64,000 nt of DNA from Heterodontus francisci (GCF_036365525.1 NC_090387.1:88515691-88579690); one strand, 5' to 3'; numbered from the stretch's first letter, positions 12,101-23,169 are shown. Notes: generated by a model from the letters alone, not told the origin. A program made the numbers and translations.

Positions 12101-15100
12101 AAGTAGAAGCTAATAAAACAATAGAGTAGCCAGCAAGGACCTCATCATAGATAATCCTGCTTGACCAATCCTATCGATTACTTTGAGCAAGTAACATAAA
12201 GAGTACATAAGGGTATTGTAGTAAATGAAATATATTTAGATTTTCAAAAGACCTTCGCTAAGGAATTGCATAGTTGAGTCATGAGTAATGTCAGAACATG
12301 TGGAGTGACGGCCCAAGTAGCAGAATGGATAGAAAACCCGCTACAAAACAGAAAACAAAAACTCGGGGCTAAAGGTAGCAATTGCGTCTGGTAAAAGCTG
12401 AGAAGTGGCTTTCCACAAGGATTGCTGCATGGACTATTATTGTTCATTATTTACAAAAAAGCATTAGGACTCGAAAATTGGGAGTGCAATTTCAAGTTTT
12501 CCGATGACACAAAATAAGGATGTAGTTAATAGAGTGAAGGGTTGTGACAAAATATATTTCTTAGGAAGTTAGGAGTTAGGAAGTAAGTTGAAAAGTAGGA
12601 CCTCAAAGGTAGCGATCTCAGGATTACTACCACTGCCACGTGCTGGTCAGAGTAGCAATAGCAGGATATATCGGATTAATACGTGGCTGAAGAGATGGTG
12701 TGAAGTGGGGTGGGGGTTTAGATTCCTGGGACATTGGGACCAGTTCTGGGGGAGGTGGGACCAGTACAAACTGGATGGGTTACACCTGGGCAGGACTGGG
12801 ACTGATGTCTTAGGGGGAGTACGTGCTAGCGTGGTTGGAGAGGGTTTAGCTAAAATGGCAGGGGGATGGGAACCTTTGCAAGGAGTCAGAGGAGGGGGGA
12901 TCAAAGACAAGAACAAAAGACAGTAAGGGTGATAAGAAAAGTGATAGGCAGAGAAATCAAGGGCCAGAATCAAACAGGGCCACAGTGAGAAATAGTGGGA
13001 AGGCGACAAGTAATGTTAAGAAGACAAGCCTTAATGCTTTGTGCCTTAACACGAAGAGCATTCGCAATAAAGTGGATGAATTAATCATGCAAATAGATGT
13101 AAACGGGGATGATATAGTTGGGATTACGGAGACATGGCTGCAGGGTGACCAGGGATGGGAAATGAACATCCAGGGGTATTCAGTATTTGGGAAGGACAGA
13201 CAAAAAGTAAAAGGCGGTGCAGCTGCATTGCTGGTTAAAAACAGGACATTAACGTAACAGTGAGGAAGGATATTAGCTCTGACGATCTGGAATCTGTATG
13301 GGTAGAGCTGAGAAACACTAAGGGGCAAAAACGATAGTGGCTGTTGTATATAGACCCACAAACTGTAGTGGTGATGTTGGGAATGGCATTAAACAGGAAA
13401 TTAGAGACACATGCGATAAAGGAACATCTGTCATTATGGGTGACATTAATCTGCACATAGATTAGGCAAATCAAATTAGTCACAATACTGTGTAAGAGGA
13501 ATTCATGGAGTGTTTAGGATGGTTTTCTGGGCCAATACGTTGAGGAACCAATTCGAGAACAGGCCATCCTAGAGTTTGCATTATGTAACGAGAGAGGAAT
13601 AATTGACAATCCAGTTGGGTGAGACCCCTTGGGGCTGAATGACCATAATATGATAGAATTCATCATCAAGATTGAGAGTGACATAGTTGATTCTAAGACT
13701 AGGGTCCTGAATCTTACTAAAGGAAACTATGAAGGTATAAGGCGCGAGATGGCTATGATGGACTGGGAAATATTATTTAAAGGGATGACGGTGGATAGGC
13801 AATGGCAAACATTCAAAGAGCACATGGATGAACTGCAACAATTGTTTATTCCTGTCTGGCACAAAAGTAAAACCGGAACAGTAGCCAAACCATGGCTTCC
13901 AAGGGAAATTAGAAATAGCATTAGATCGAAACAAGAGGCATACAAATTTGCCAGAAAAAAAACAACAGACCTGAGGATTGGCAGCAGTTTAGAATTCAGC
14001 AAAGGAGGACCAAAGGATTGATTAAGAAGGGGAAAATAGAGTACAAGAATAAGCTAGCAGGGAACATAAAAACTGACTGTAAAAGCTTCCATAGGTTGGT
14101 GAAGAGAAAAAGATTGGTGAAGACAGATGTAGGTCCCTTACAGTCAGAAACAGGGAAATTTATCATGGGGAACAAAGAAATGGCTGACCAACGAAATGCA
14201 TACTTTGGTTCCATCTTCACAAAGGAGGACACAAATATCATACCAGAAATGTTGGGGAACACAGGGTTTAGTGAGAGGGAGGAACTGAAGGAAATCAGTA
14301 TTAGTAGAGAAATGGTGTTGGGTAAATTGATGGGATTGAAGGCTGATAAATCCCCAGGGTCTGATAATCTACATCCCAGAGTACTTATGGAAGTGGCCGT
14401 AGAAATAGTGGATGCATTGATGGTCATCTTCCAAAATTCTATCGACTCTGGAAGAGTTCCTACAGATTGGAGCGTAGCTAATGTAACCTCACTATTTAAA
14501 AAGGGAGTTAGAGAGAAAACAGGGAATTATAGACCAGTTAGCCTGAGGTCGTTAGTGGGGAAAATTCTAGAGTCCATTCTCAAAGATTTTATAGCCGAGC
14601 TTTTGGAGAACAGTGGTAGAATCAGACAGAGTCAGCATGGATTTACGGAAGGGAAATTATGCTTGATAAATCTATTAGAATTATTCGAGGATGTAGCTAG
14701 TGGGGTTGATGAGGGACAGCCAGTGGATGTGTTTATTTGGACTTTCAGAAGGCTTTCGAAAAAGTCCCACATAAGAGATTAGCATGTAAAATTAAAGCGC
14801 ATGGGATTGAGGGTAGTGTATTGTGATGGGTAGAAAATTGGTTGGCAGATAGGAAACAAATTAATAAATGGGTCTTTTTTTCTGAATGGCAGGCAGTGAC
14901 TAGTGGGGTACTACAGGGATCGGTGCCAGGACCCCAGCTAGTCACAATATTTCTGAATGATTTAGATGAGGGAACTAAATGTAATATCTCCAAATTTGCA
15001 GATGACACAACACTTGGGATTTGAGTTGTCAGGAGGATACAGAGAAGCTTCAGGGTGATTTGGACAGGTTGAGTGAGTGGGCAAATGCATGGCAGATGCA

Positions 15101-18100
15101 GTATAATGTGGATAAATGTGAGGTTATCCACTTTGGTAGCAACAACAGGAAGGAAGATTATTATCTGAACGGCTATAAACTGAGAGAGAGGATTACGCAA
15201 CGATACCTGAGTGTTCTCGTACACCAGTTGCTGAAGGTAAGCATGCAGGTGCAACAGGTGGTAAAAAAGGCAAATGGTATGTTGGCCGTCATAGCGAGAG
15301 GATTCAAGTCCAGGAGCAGGTGCTTGTCTTGCTGCAATTATGCAGGGCCTTGGTGAGGCCACACCTGGAATATTGTGTGCAGCTTTGGTCTCCTTATCTG
15401 AGGAAGGATGTTCTTTCTATGGAGGGAGTGCAGCAAAGGTTTCCCAGGCTGATTCCAGGGATGGCGGGACTGAGGTATGAGGAGAGATTGAGTCGGTTAG
15501 GATTATATTGCCTGGAGTTCAGAAGTGTGAGGGGGGATCTCATAGAAACCTATAAAATTCTAACAGGACTTGACAGGGTGGATGCAGGAAGGATGTTCCC
15601 GATGGTGGGGGATTCCAGAATCAGGAGTTATAGTCTAAGGGTACGGGGTAAACCTTTCATGACTGAGAGGAGGAGAAATTCCTTAACCCAAAAAGTGGTG
15701 AACCTGTGGAATTCGCTATCACAGAATGCAGTTGAGGACAGTTGAGCAGTTTTGAAGAAGGAGTTAGATGTAGCTCTTGGGGCGGAAAGGATCAAAGGAT
15801 ATGAAAGGAAAGCGGAACAGGTTACTGAGTTGGATGATCATAATGAGTGGCGGAGCAGGCTCGAAGGGCCGAATGGCCTACTCCTGCTCCTATTTTCTAT
15901 CTTTTTATGTTAATACACTTCACGAATGCGTGTGCAAATGGCAAATTAACTTGGATATTGTTAATTGTGAAATGTCCCGCTTTAACAGGAAGGGCACAAG
16001 CACCTTGGAAATGAAATGTATAATCACTTACAGGAGCACAGATATATGGGGTTAAAGCTACGTAAATCACGAAAAGTAATGATGGTGGTTAATAAGACCA
16101 GAAATAAAGTGATAAAGGTCGAGAGGGATAGAATTGAAAAGCAGAAAAGTTATGTTGAAATTGTTTGTACATCCGTTGACCGCATTTGAATGTTGCAAAC
16201 AGCTCTGGTCTCCATATTGTAAAGAAGGTATAGAGGCACTCGTGATCTTACAAATAATAGTAGAAAATGGTGCACGAACTGAAAGGATTTGCTGCTGAGG
16301 AGTGCTTGAACAGGGTGGGGCACTTATCTGTAGAAAGTAGAAGACTGTGGTGCGACCTCATACAGGTATTTTAGATTGTAAAAGGGTTTGAAAAGGTAAA
16401 CGTAGAGAAGATGTTTCCACGTTCAGCGGAGACCAGAACTAGGGACCTTGTATATGGGATAGTTACTGAGAAATTCAATAAGGATTTCTGGAGAAAAGTC
16501 TTTACCGAAAGAGTGGTCAGAATGTGGAACGTGCTACCAGGATGACTAACTGAGGCAAATGATATAAGAATAAATGCATGAAGCAGAAAAAAGAATAAAG
16601 GGATATGTTGATAGTGTTAGATGAAGAAGGATGCAAGGAGGTTGATATAAAATGTTTAAGACCTGGTGGACTGAATGACATATTTCGGTTCTGTAAATGC
16701 AATATAACAATTTGAATAAACGTACAAGAATAATTTGAAAGTATTAGAATTGATAAACATTGGGAAACATTCAACTGTGAGATGATAGGCGTATAGAGTA
16801 ACTACATTCCCAGACGAATTAAGAAGCAAACACGGGACTTTTCTGAAATAATAACGAAATAAAATTAAACGTAAAGTAAGACTAACAAAGTGGATTACAA
16901 CAAATTCAGCGCAGATAATACGGAAGCAAATCAAATGGAATAAAGACAATGCAGTGGAAGCAAATAACAATAAAGAAAAATTAAGGTTCATGCAGGGATT
17001 GAACAAACGTTTGTAGATGACAATAATGACAATACTACTGCGTATACTAAACACTTAATGGGGACTTTTAAAAACTTTTGGCCAAAGTGAAAATCAGACA
17101 ATAATGATTGTTCACCCATTATATGGCTGGCCCGATTTCCCTTTCTTTGTATTTAATGGGAGCGAAAACGAAGAGTAAAGTATAATTGGGCGCCGAAATG
17201 ATACCTACAGTTTTAGAGATTTGAACCTGCTTAAAGTGCACCAGTATTTATCTCTCTATTCGCTGATCTCCTGTTCCAAATTGCACAAAAGGTAGAGGGA
17301 AAACTTGGAGATGTAGGTAGAATACTGTTTTGTCACTCTTCCCAGCGCATCATACAGCCGATGCGTTACTCTCGCTTTACTCTGGATGACGAAATTTTGC
17401 ACACTACAATCATGTACAGTATTTATTTCAGTCTGGTATGACATCTTTATGGCAAATAAGTCGACTTCTAGAGAAAATGTTCTATGAGAAAAATGTGTTT
17501 TTTATCTACAGGTCATGCATACAGAAGCTGATGAGCGGCTAAAATACGTCACTCTGAATCTCACTGACACCCAGAAAATTAATAAACCCAGAAGTACAGA
17601 AGGAAGTACAATAGAGACCCAGGTAGAGGGAACATTAGTCAATTGATGGAGCTGTGATTCCAATTCCAGAATAACTGCACAGTCTTTTGACGTCATTATC
17701 GCAACACGGTATACGTGTGTGTGTGTGTGTGTGTGTGTGCGTGAGAGATTACGTGCATATTAAGTGTACAGCCCAAACCAATTTTTATCAGTACTGTTGA
17801 ATTTGATCCATGATGGAATAGATTACATTTTTCACAGAGCAAATGATCTAACCAAGTGCATGGTTTCAATTATTTCAACAATCCATACATTATGGCAAAA
17901 AGGAAATTAATTAGTTAAATTAAATTATTGACTTAACAGTGAAAAATGGTGGGAGCACTGAAACATGTAATGATTTATTCATCGTATAATGACGTGAGAG
18001 ATTTTGAAACATAACTCATCGCTTGAACAATAAGTAGTTACCTTAACAGGAAAACTTTGGACTTAAGAGGATTTTAAAATTATTTGTACCGCTGATTTGA

Positions 18101-18267
18101 ATGGTCCTAAATATTGGCATTTACAGATGATGCAAGAGGTTACCGGGAATAACATTGTGTACGCAACTGCGGATTTTACAGGATCGAAAAGGACGGGGAG
18201 AACTCCACGGAAGGAAGTGAATGCAGTTTATGCACAGGTACAGCAGAGATTAGGTACAGAAAGATGA
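51..18267 (+). CDS. Non-rearranging VJ-C1 immunoglobulin-superfamily type I membrane receptor with ITIM/ITSM-like tail; join(51..102,303..614,4981..5286,7731..7826,10868..10911,17512..17622,18127..18267), 353 aa predicted
   Basis: All six introns are GT..AG with compatible phases (1,1,1,1,0,0). The summed exon length of 1062 nt is open from ATG 51 to TGA 18265-18267. Domain order is signal peptide, V-set, C1-set, TM, cytoplasmic tyrosine motifs. No transcript data, so cytoplasmic exons are inferred. Confidence 0.85.
303..614 (+). CDS. Exon 2: Ig V-set domain with germline-joined J-like G strand
   Basis: Acceptor ttttcgacag, donor G|gtgagt. Motifs: [21 protein letters not shown] and J-like NGTGTRLAV (G-x-G-T-x-L-x-V pattern, first Gly replaced by Asn). 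Confidence 0.93.
708..1735 (-). mobile_element. Decayed non-LTR retrotransposon (CR1/L2-group), RT C-terminus and 3' tail
   Basis: Minus ORF remnants GQSSQPQ...[10 protein letters not shown] resemble an RT domain. Tail ends in gaatgaataaaaataaa. Confidence 0.7.
1736..3488 (+). mobile_element. 5'-truncated CR1 (HER1-like) LINE
   Basis: ORF2 remnants DKSPGPD, NYRP, KAFDKV, MFADDT. 3' end atggtcggcatggac...(atgactct)n. Confidence 0.92.
4689..4742. repeat. Interrupted poly-C tract (G-quadruplex-prone on the - strand)
   Basis: Several runs of 4-15 C seen directly. Confidence 0.85.
4981..5286 (+). CDS. Exon 3: Ig C1-set domain
   Basis: Acceptor cttttgtag, donor G|gtaaga. Motifs: [33 protein letters not shown] (Ig/MHC C1 signature Y-x-C-x-V-x-H). 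Five N-x-S/T sequons. Confidence 0.93.
5500..6243. mobile_element. Composite of LINE RT fragments: CR1 (+, ~5560-5950) abutting a second LINE family (-, ~5950-6243)
   Basis: FADDTK-like remnant on +. Minus [11 protein letters not shown]...GVPQGSV...MFADDC. Confidence 0.75.
6430..6663 (+). mobile_element. Degenerate 3' half of a tRNA-derived SINE (same family as 19101..19490)
   Basis: Loose colinear similarity to 19270-19490 (gaaggaaa..., gagcaagccact, attagggatg). Confidence 0.5.
6975..7245 (+). mobile_element. Penelope-like element terminal (pLTR) fragments with a short inverted segment
   Basis: Matches the terminus of the GIY-YIG-bearing element at 10670-10800. 7102-7128 is an inverted copy of ~7197-7224. 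Confidence 0.7.
7127..7163 (+). ncRNA. Minimal type I hammerhead ribozyme (Penelope-associated)
   Basis: AGTT-CTGATGA-A-AGGTC/ACA/GACCT-GAAA-CG-T-T-GACT: conserved boxes, 5-bp stem II, palindromic ACGT stem III, 4-bp stem I. Confidence 0.7.
7317..7620 (+). repeat. Degenerate ~48-bp tandem repeat, about 6.3 units
   Basis: Units start with AGGAAA-like words at 7317, 7365, 7412, 7460, 7509, 7557, 7605. Confidence 0.8.
7731..7826 (+). CDS. Exon 4: connecting peptide and transmembrane helix [32 protein letters not shown]
   Basis: Acceptor ctagcag (NAGNAG), donor AG|gtaaga, phase 1-1. About 20 hydrophobic residues with no charged residue, followed by basic residues. Confidence 0.88.
8380..10800 (+). 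mobile_element. Penelope-like element 3' part (GIY-YIG endonuclease and terminus), split by a CR1 insertion
   Basis: Left arm [23 protein letters not shown]. Right arm (from 10060) [15 protein letters not shown]...KLEKQHLI. Terminus with decayed hammerhead at ~10670-10703. Confidence 0.85.
8534..10059 (+). mobile_element. 5'-truncated CR1 (HER1-like) LINE, relatively young
   Basis: RT ORF pieces including [10 protein letters not shown] and KFADDTK. Tail ggccgaatggcctgttcctgtgctgta(ttgttc)n. Confidence 0.93.
10868..10911 (+). CDS. Exon 5: short juxtamembrane cytoplasmic exon [15 protein letters not shown]
   Basis: Strong pyrimidine tract plus tag acceptor, donor CAG|gtaaat. Phase 1-0 bridges exon 4 to the phase-0 exon 6. 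Confidence 0.75.
11560..16705 (+). mobile_element. Old CR1 LINE (11560-12560 and 15912-16705) interrupted by a younger CR1
   Basis: Highly decayed ORF2 resumes after the insert at the matching RT position (after FSDDTK, resuming at CKWQINL). Confidence 0.75.
12563..15910 (+). mobile_element. Long CR1 LINE: ORF1 C-terminus (SGNH esterase-like), APE endonuclease and RT, frameshifted
   Basis: KLDGLHL in ORF1; GITETWL and NDHNMI in APE; KFADDT in RT; 3' tail cctactcctgctcctatt. Confidence 0.92.
17512..17622 (+). CDS. Exon 6: cytoplasmic exon with canonical ITIM LKYVTL
   Basis: Acceptor tttttatctacag. Encodes [37 protein letters not shown]. Donor CAG|gtagag is weak; read-through stops at 17646. 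Confidence 0.78.
17715..17739. repeat. (GT)n microsatellite in intron 6
   Basis: About 12 GT units seen directly. Confidence 0.95.
18127..18267 (+). CDS. Exon 7: terminal cytoplasmic exon with IVYATA and AVYAQV tyrosine motifs
   Basis: Acceptor catttacag. Encodes [46 protein letters not shown]. Colinear with exon 6. Confidence 0.78.
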   Translation: MMQEVTGNNIVYATADFTGSKRTGRTPRKEVNAVYAQVQQRLGTER

Positions 18268-18912
18268 AAACAAAGTTACCTCTACCTGCATGTGAACTGA
18301 CATTTGATTATAGTAATATCGATTTTTTTTTTAACAAGTTGAAGACCATGGAATGAAAATGGAAGTTGCGGCCTGAATACGCCATTGCGTGCCTGTGAGA
18401 CAGCAGAGATGGAGCGAACATTTTTTTTTCCGATTGATTAGAGGGATGAGTGCAGCGCAGACTCCCAACGGGTCATTATTAGGACCAAAAATCTTTTTTT
18501 TTCAATTTATTGATTCTCTGGAGTTGAATATTCGGAGTAAAATTTGAAAATTTGCAGTTGAAACCAATCTTTGAAGGCGCTAAAGCATACTGATAAAAGG
18601 AGAAAAAACGTGATCCTTGACTTTATAAAGTGAAGCAAAAATGACAAAAGAAAGGTAGTTATGCTAAACATTTATGCATCAATATTTGGGCCATAGCTAG
18701 AGTATTGGGTGGGATGTCTCCCTCTGCTGCAAAGGAAGGACGTCAGTATTTATTGCTCTTGCTCTTGCCCATAGACTTTCTATGGGATTTTGCACTGGTA
18801 CGTAAAGTAAATCAGAGAACCAAAATGTGCAGATACATCTACAATGCATCAGGAATCTATACGAACAGGGCAAGCAGCACTGTAACTCTCTAACTAATCA
18901 GGTTGAAGAATT

Positions 18913-18918
18913 AATAAA
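18913..18918 (+). terminator. Candidate polyadenylation signal for the receptor gene
   Basis: First AATAAA I found after the stop codon. Position only, in AT-rich DNA. Confidence 0.3.
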
Positions 18919-19100
18919 GTACATCAACGATTGTAACGTTGGAGGAATCAATTATAATATTATATTGAATTTAAAATCAAGTTCAGAACGCAACATATTG
19001 AGAGAAAAGCGGAGATTGGGTTACGAGGGAGAGATGAAGGTGGCAGAAAGAAAACTTTTCGTTTTCTTTTTATGAAATCTCCAAAATCATTAAACCATTA

Positions 19101-19490
19101 GGAGAGATGGCGGCGTCGTTGTAATGTCCCTGGACTAGTAATCCAGAGACCCAGGCTAATGTCATGGGGACACGGGTTCAAATCCCACCACGGCAGCTGA
19201 AAAGTCAATTAATTAATAAAATCTGGAATTGAAAGCTAGTCTCGGTAATGCTCCATGAGTCTATCATCGATTGTCATAAAAAAAACTATCTTGTTCACTA
19301 GTTTCCATCAGGGGAGGAAATCTGCTGCCCTTACCGTTTCTGGCCGAGATGTGACTTCAAACCATAGCAATGTGGTTGACTCTTAACTGCCATCTGAAAA
19401 AGCCGAGCAAGACAATCAGTTCAATGGTAATTAGGGATGGCCAACATATGCTGGCTTTGCCAGCGACGCCCACATTCCATGTTAGAATAC
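19101..19490 (+). mobile_element. tRNA-derived SINE
   Basis: A-box-like tggcggcgtcgttg, B-box gggttcaaatccc. 3' tail resembles that of the LINE at 708-800. Confidence 0.8.
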
Positions 19491-19829
19491 CATAAAAGTG
19501 CAAAAGTTAATTTTCAGTGCAAGAGCGATTGTTTGCCACTAAAGAATATTGGCCATTGCATTAAAATGGTACTTAAACCAGAATGAAAAGATCTGTTTTT
19601 TTTGTTTTTCTGGCCAGTTTTGTTTCTATTTCTGTGGTACGTGCAGCAATATCACACCAAGAAATGTAATTGAACGGTTTTCAGGCAGCAAAATGCCACT
19701 GTAATGCAGTGTTTTGGAGGAGCAGCTGATTTCAGATAAGGATTTCTGGATTTTCGCGTTTACCGGATCATGTGTGGTTGCCCTAAGTTGCTGTACGAAT
19801 TCTATGTTGTTTCTAATGCAAATCGCGGC

Positions 19830-20385
19830 CTCCTGGGGAGGGTGCAGAGGCGATTCACTAGAATGGTACCGGAGAAGAACAATTTTAGCTAACTGGAGAG
19901 ATTAGAGAAAGTCGCATTGTTTTCCTATGAGCAAAGAAGGTTAAGGGAATAAATACAGAAAATGCTGCAAATACTCAGCAGGTAGAGAAGATCTGTGGAG
20001 AGAGAAACAGTTAAGTTTTTAAGTCGATGAACTTTTGTCCGAACTCGCAGTAAATGTAGCTGTAATAGAGTTGTTCAAATTTATGAGAAGTTTTGCAAAT
20101 ATAGAGAGGTTTGCACCGATAGGAGGATTGGTTGGAAGGCCACACAGATACAAATGCGTGGCAACAAAGGCCGAGATTAGGAGCGTGCATTTAAGTCAGT
20201 GCGTTGTTCATTGGGAATGCACTGCGTGAAAGTATGCTGAAGCAGATTCAATGGCAACGTTCAAAAGGCACTTCGGTCTTTACTGACAAAGGATAAAATA
20301 GAAGCGCTATGGAGAAACGTGGCCAGTGGGAGTAATTCGCGCCCATTCAATGTGCCAACACAGCTGCGATTGGCCAAATAGATTT
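19830..20385 (+). mobile_element. Decayed CR1 3' end with a short Penelope terminus inserted (~19948-20045, -)
   Basis: gagggtgcagaggcgattcactagaatg (ERVQRRFTRM-like). Insert resembles the reverse of 7160-7230. Confidence 0.55.
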
Positions 20386-21055
20386 TACAAGAATATTCAT
20401 TATCTTAGTATCCTTATTAAAGGAAATCTTAACCGTTTTAATGCACTCATTACTGGAAATGTAAACCGTTTAGACAACGAGATGGTGGTTAGCTAAGCAA
20501 AACTGGGGTGATCGTAACATGGAACATTGTTTACAGACCAAACATGGGATTTCTATGTACACCGAACTAAATGTGATTGACTTTAGCAAAACTGCAAAAT
20601 CATGAGGAACGGCAAATTTAATGAATACGAATAACATTAGAAATACTTTTATGAACATTGTAAAGAAACAATTGCAGAGAACTAATCATCTCATTCGTTG
20701 TCGGAATAGCCTTTGTGTCGATGTTATGATGTATTATTCATGTATTCTGTACGGCCGGAAGATTATCTTCATCCAACATTTTTCAGTGTAATTATGGATT
20801 CAATATATATACAAATAAATATAATACTAAAAACAAATGCTGTCGCCCACAATCATGTTAGACGTAGCAACAGTTCTTTGCTGAGCGACGTTTTCATGAC
20901 GACTCTAACATTCACAGCAGAATTTGAAGTTAAAACGTTCACTCAACTCGAATTTAACCCACGAATCTCTTTTCGGAATTATTTCAGTAAGCTATCTGGA
21001 ATAAATTGCGCATCTGCTGGTGGGCTGCGAACTGTTTGTATTCACATAGACTTTT

Positions 21056-22932
21056 CAAGAACAAGAACAAAAAACAGTACAGCACAGGAACAAGCCATTC
21101 GGCACTCCAAGCCTACGCCGATCTTGATGCCTGCCTAAACTAACACCTTCTGCACTCCCGGGGCCGATATCCCTCTATTCCCTTCCTATTCACATATTTG
21201 TCAAGATGTCTATTAAACATCGCTATCGTATCTGCTTCCACCATCTCCGCTGGCAGCAAGTTCCAGGCACTCACCACCCTCTAGGTAACAAACTTGCCTC
21301 GCACATCCCCTCTAAACTTTGCCCCTTGCACCTTAAACCTATGTCCCCTCGTAACTGACTCTTCCACCCTGGGAAAAAGCTTCTAACTATCCGCTATGTC
21401 CATGGCGCTCATAACTTTGTAAATCTCTATCGTGTCGCCCCTCCACCTCCGTCGTTCCAGTGAAAGCTATCCGGGTTTTTCCAACCTCTCCTCATAGCTA
21501 ATGCCCTCCAGACCAGGGAACATCCTGGTAAACATCCTCTGTACCCTGTCCAAAGCCTCCACGTCCTTCTGGTAGTGTGGCGACCAGAATTGCACGCAAT
21601 ATTCTAAGTGTGGCCTAACTAAGGTTCTGTACAGCTGCAACATGACTTGCCAATTTTTTTACTCTATGCCCCGACTGATGAAGGCAACCATGATGTATGC
21701 CTTCTTGATTAACTTATCCACCTGTGTTGCTACTTTCAGTGACCTGTGGACCTGTACGTCCAGATCTCTCTGCCTGTCAATACTCCTAAGGGTTCTGCCA
21801 TTTACTGTATACCTCCCACCTGCATTAGACCTGGCAAAATGCATTACCTCACATTTGTCCGGATTAAACTCCATCTGCCATTTCTCCGCCCAAGTCTCCA
21901 ACCTATATCCTATATCCTGCTGTATCCTCTGACAATCCTCATCATTATCCGTAACTCCACCAACCTTTGTGTCGTCCACAAACTTACAAATCAGACCAGC
22001 TACATTTTCCTCCAAATCATTTATATATACTACAAACAGCAAAGGTCCCAGCACTGATCCCTGCAGAACACCACTAGTCACATCCCTCCATTCAGAAAAG
22101 AACACTTCCACTGTTACCCTCTGTCTTCTGTGACTGAGCCAGTTCTATATCCATCTTGCCAGCTCACCTCTGATCACGTGTGACTTCACCTTTTGCACCA
22201 GTCTGCCATGCAGGACCTTGTCAAAGGCTTTACTAAAGTCCATATAGACAACATCCACCGCCCTTCCCTCATCAATCATCTTCGTCACTTCCTCAAAAAA
22301 CTCAATCAAATTAGTGAGACACGACTTCCCCTTTACAAAACCATGCTACCTCTCGCTAAAAAGTTCGTTTGTTTCCAAATAGGAGTAAATCCTGTCCCGA
22401 AGAATTCTCTCTAATAATTTTGCTACCACTGACGTAAGGCTCACCGGCCTATAATTTCCTGGATCATCTTTGCTACACTTCTTAAACAAAGGAACAACAT
22501 TGACTATTCTCCAGTCCTCTGGGACCTCACCTGTAGCCATTGATGATGCAAAGATTTCTGTCAAGGCCCCAGCAATTTCTTCCTTTGCCTCCCTCAGTAT
22601 TCTAGGGTAGATCCCATCAGGCCCTGGGGACTTATCTACCTTAATGCTTTGCAAGACACCCAACACCTCCTCCTTTTTGATAATGAGATGATTGAAACTA
22701 TCTGCACTCCCTTCCCGAGGCTCATCATCCACCAATTCCTTCTCCTTGGTGAATACGGATGCAAAGTATTCATTTAGCACCTCCCCCATTTCCTCCTGAT
22801 CCACGCATTGATTCCCGTCTCCATCCTTGAGTGGGCCAACCCTTTCCCTGGTTACCCTCTTGCTCTTTATATATGTATAAAGAGCCTTGGGATTTTCCTT
22901 AATCCTGTTTGCCAATGACATTTCATGACCCG
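21056..22932 (-). mobile_element. 5'-truncated CR1 LINE, same subfamily as 8534..10059
   Basis: Minus ORFs 22346..22921 and 21659..22111 (RT). 3' UTR nearly identical to the reverse complement of 9920-10050. Confidence 0.93.
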
Positions 22933-23169
22933 CACTTTGTTTTAGCTGACAAAATTTGGGTGCAGAAAATTAAATTAGTCAAGTAATATTAAACATGAGT
23001 CGGAAAGAACTGACTCTGAGGCCAATAGAACCCTGGTATTTGATAGATGCTGTTAGTTACATTGCAGCTCTGAATTGCTGAAGCAAACGCATTCTTCAAA
23101 AATTAACATAAATAACCACATATGTACCATAAAAAATATGTGCCAGAAAATCAAGAATAAATTGGGGAA

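Noticed and set aside
14018-14782. Long ORFs (254, 248, 218 aa etc.) as host genes or active LINEs
   Set aside because: All are CR1 ORF1/ORF2 fragments broken by stops and frameshifts; overlapping opposite-strand ORFs are antisense shadows.
19101-19195. tRNA gene (also 47680-47748 and 58891-58960)
   Set aside because: A/B boxes belong to SINE heads; no cloverleaf, and SINE bodies follow.
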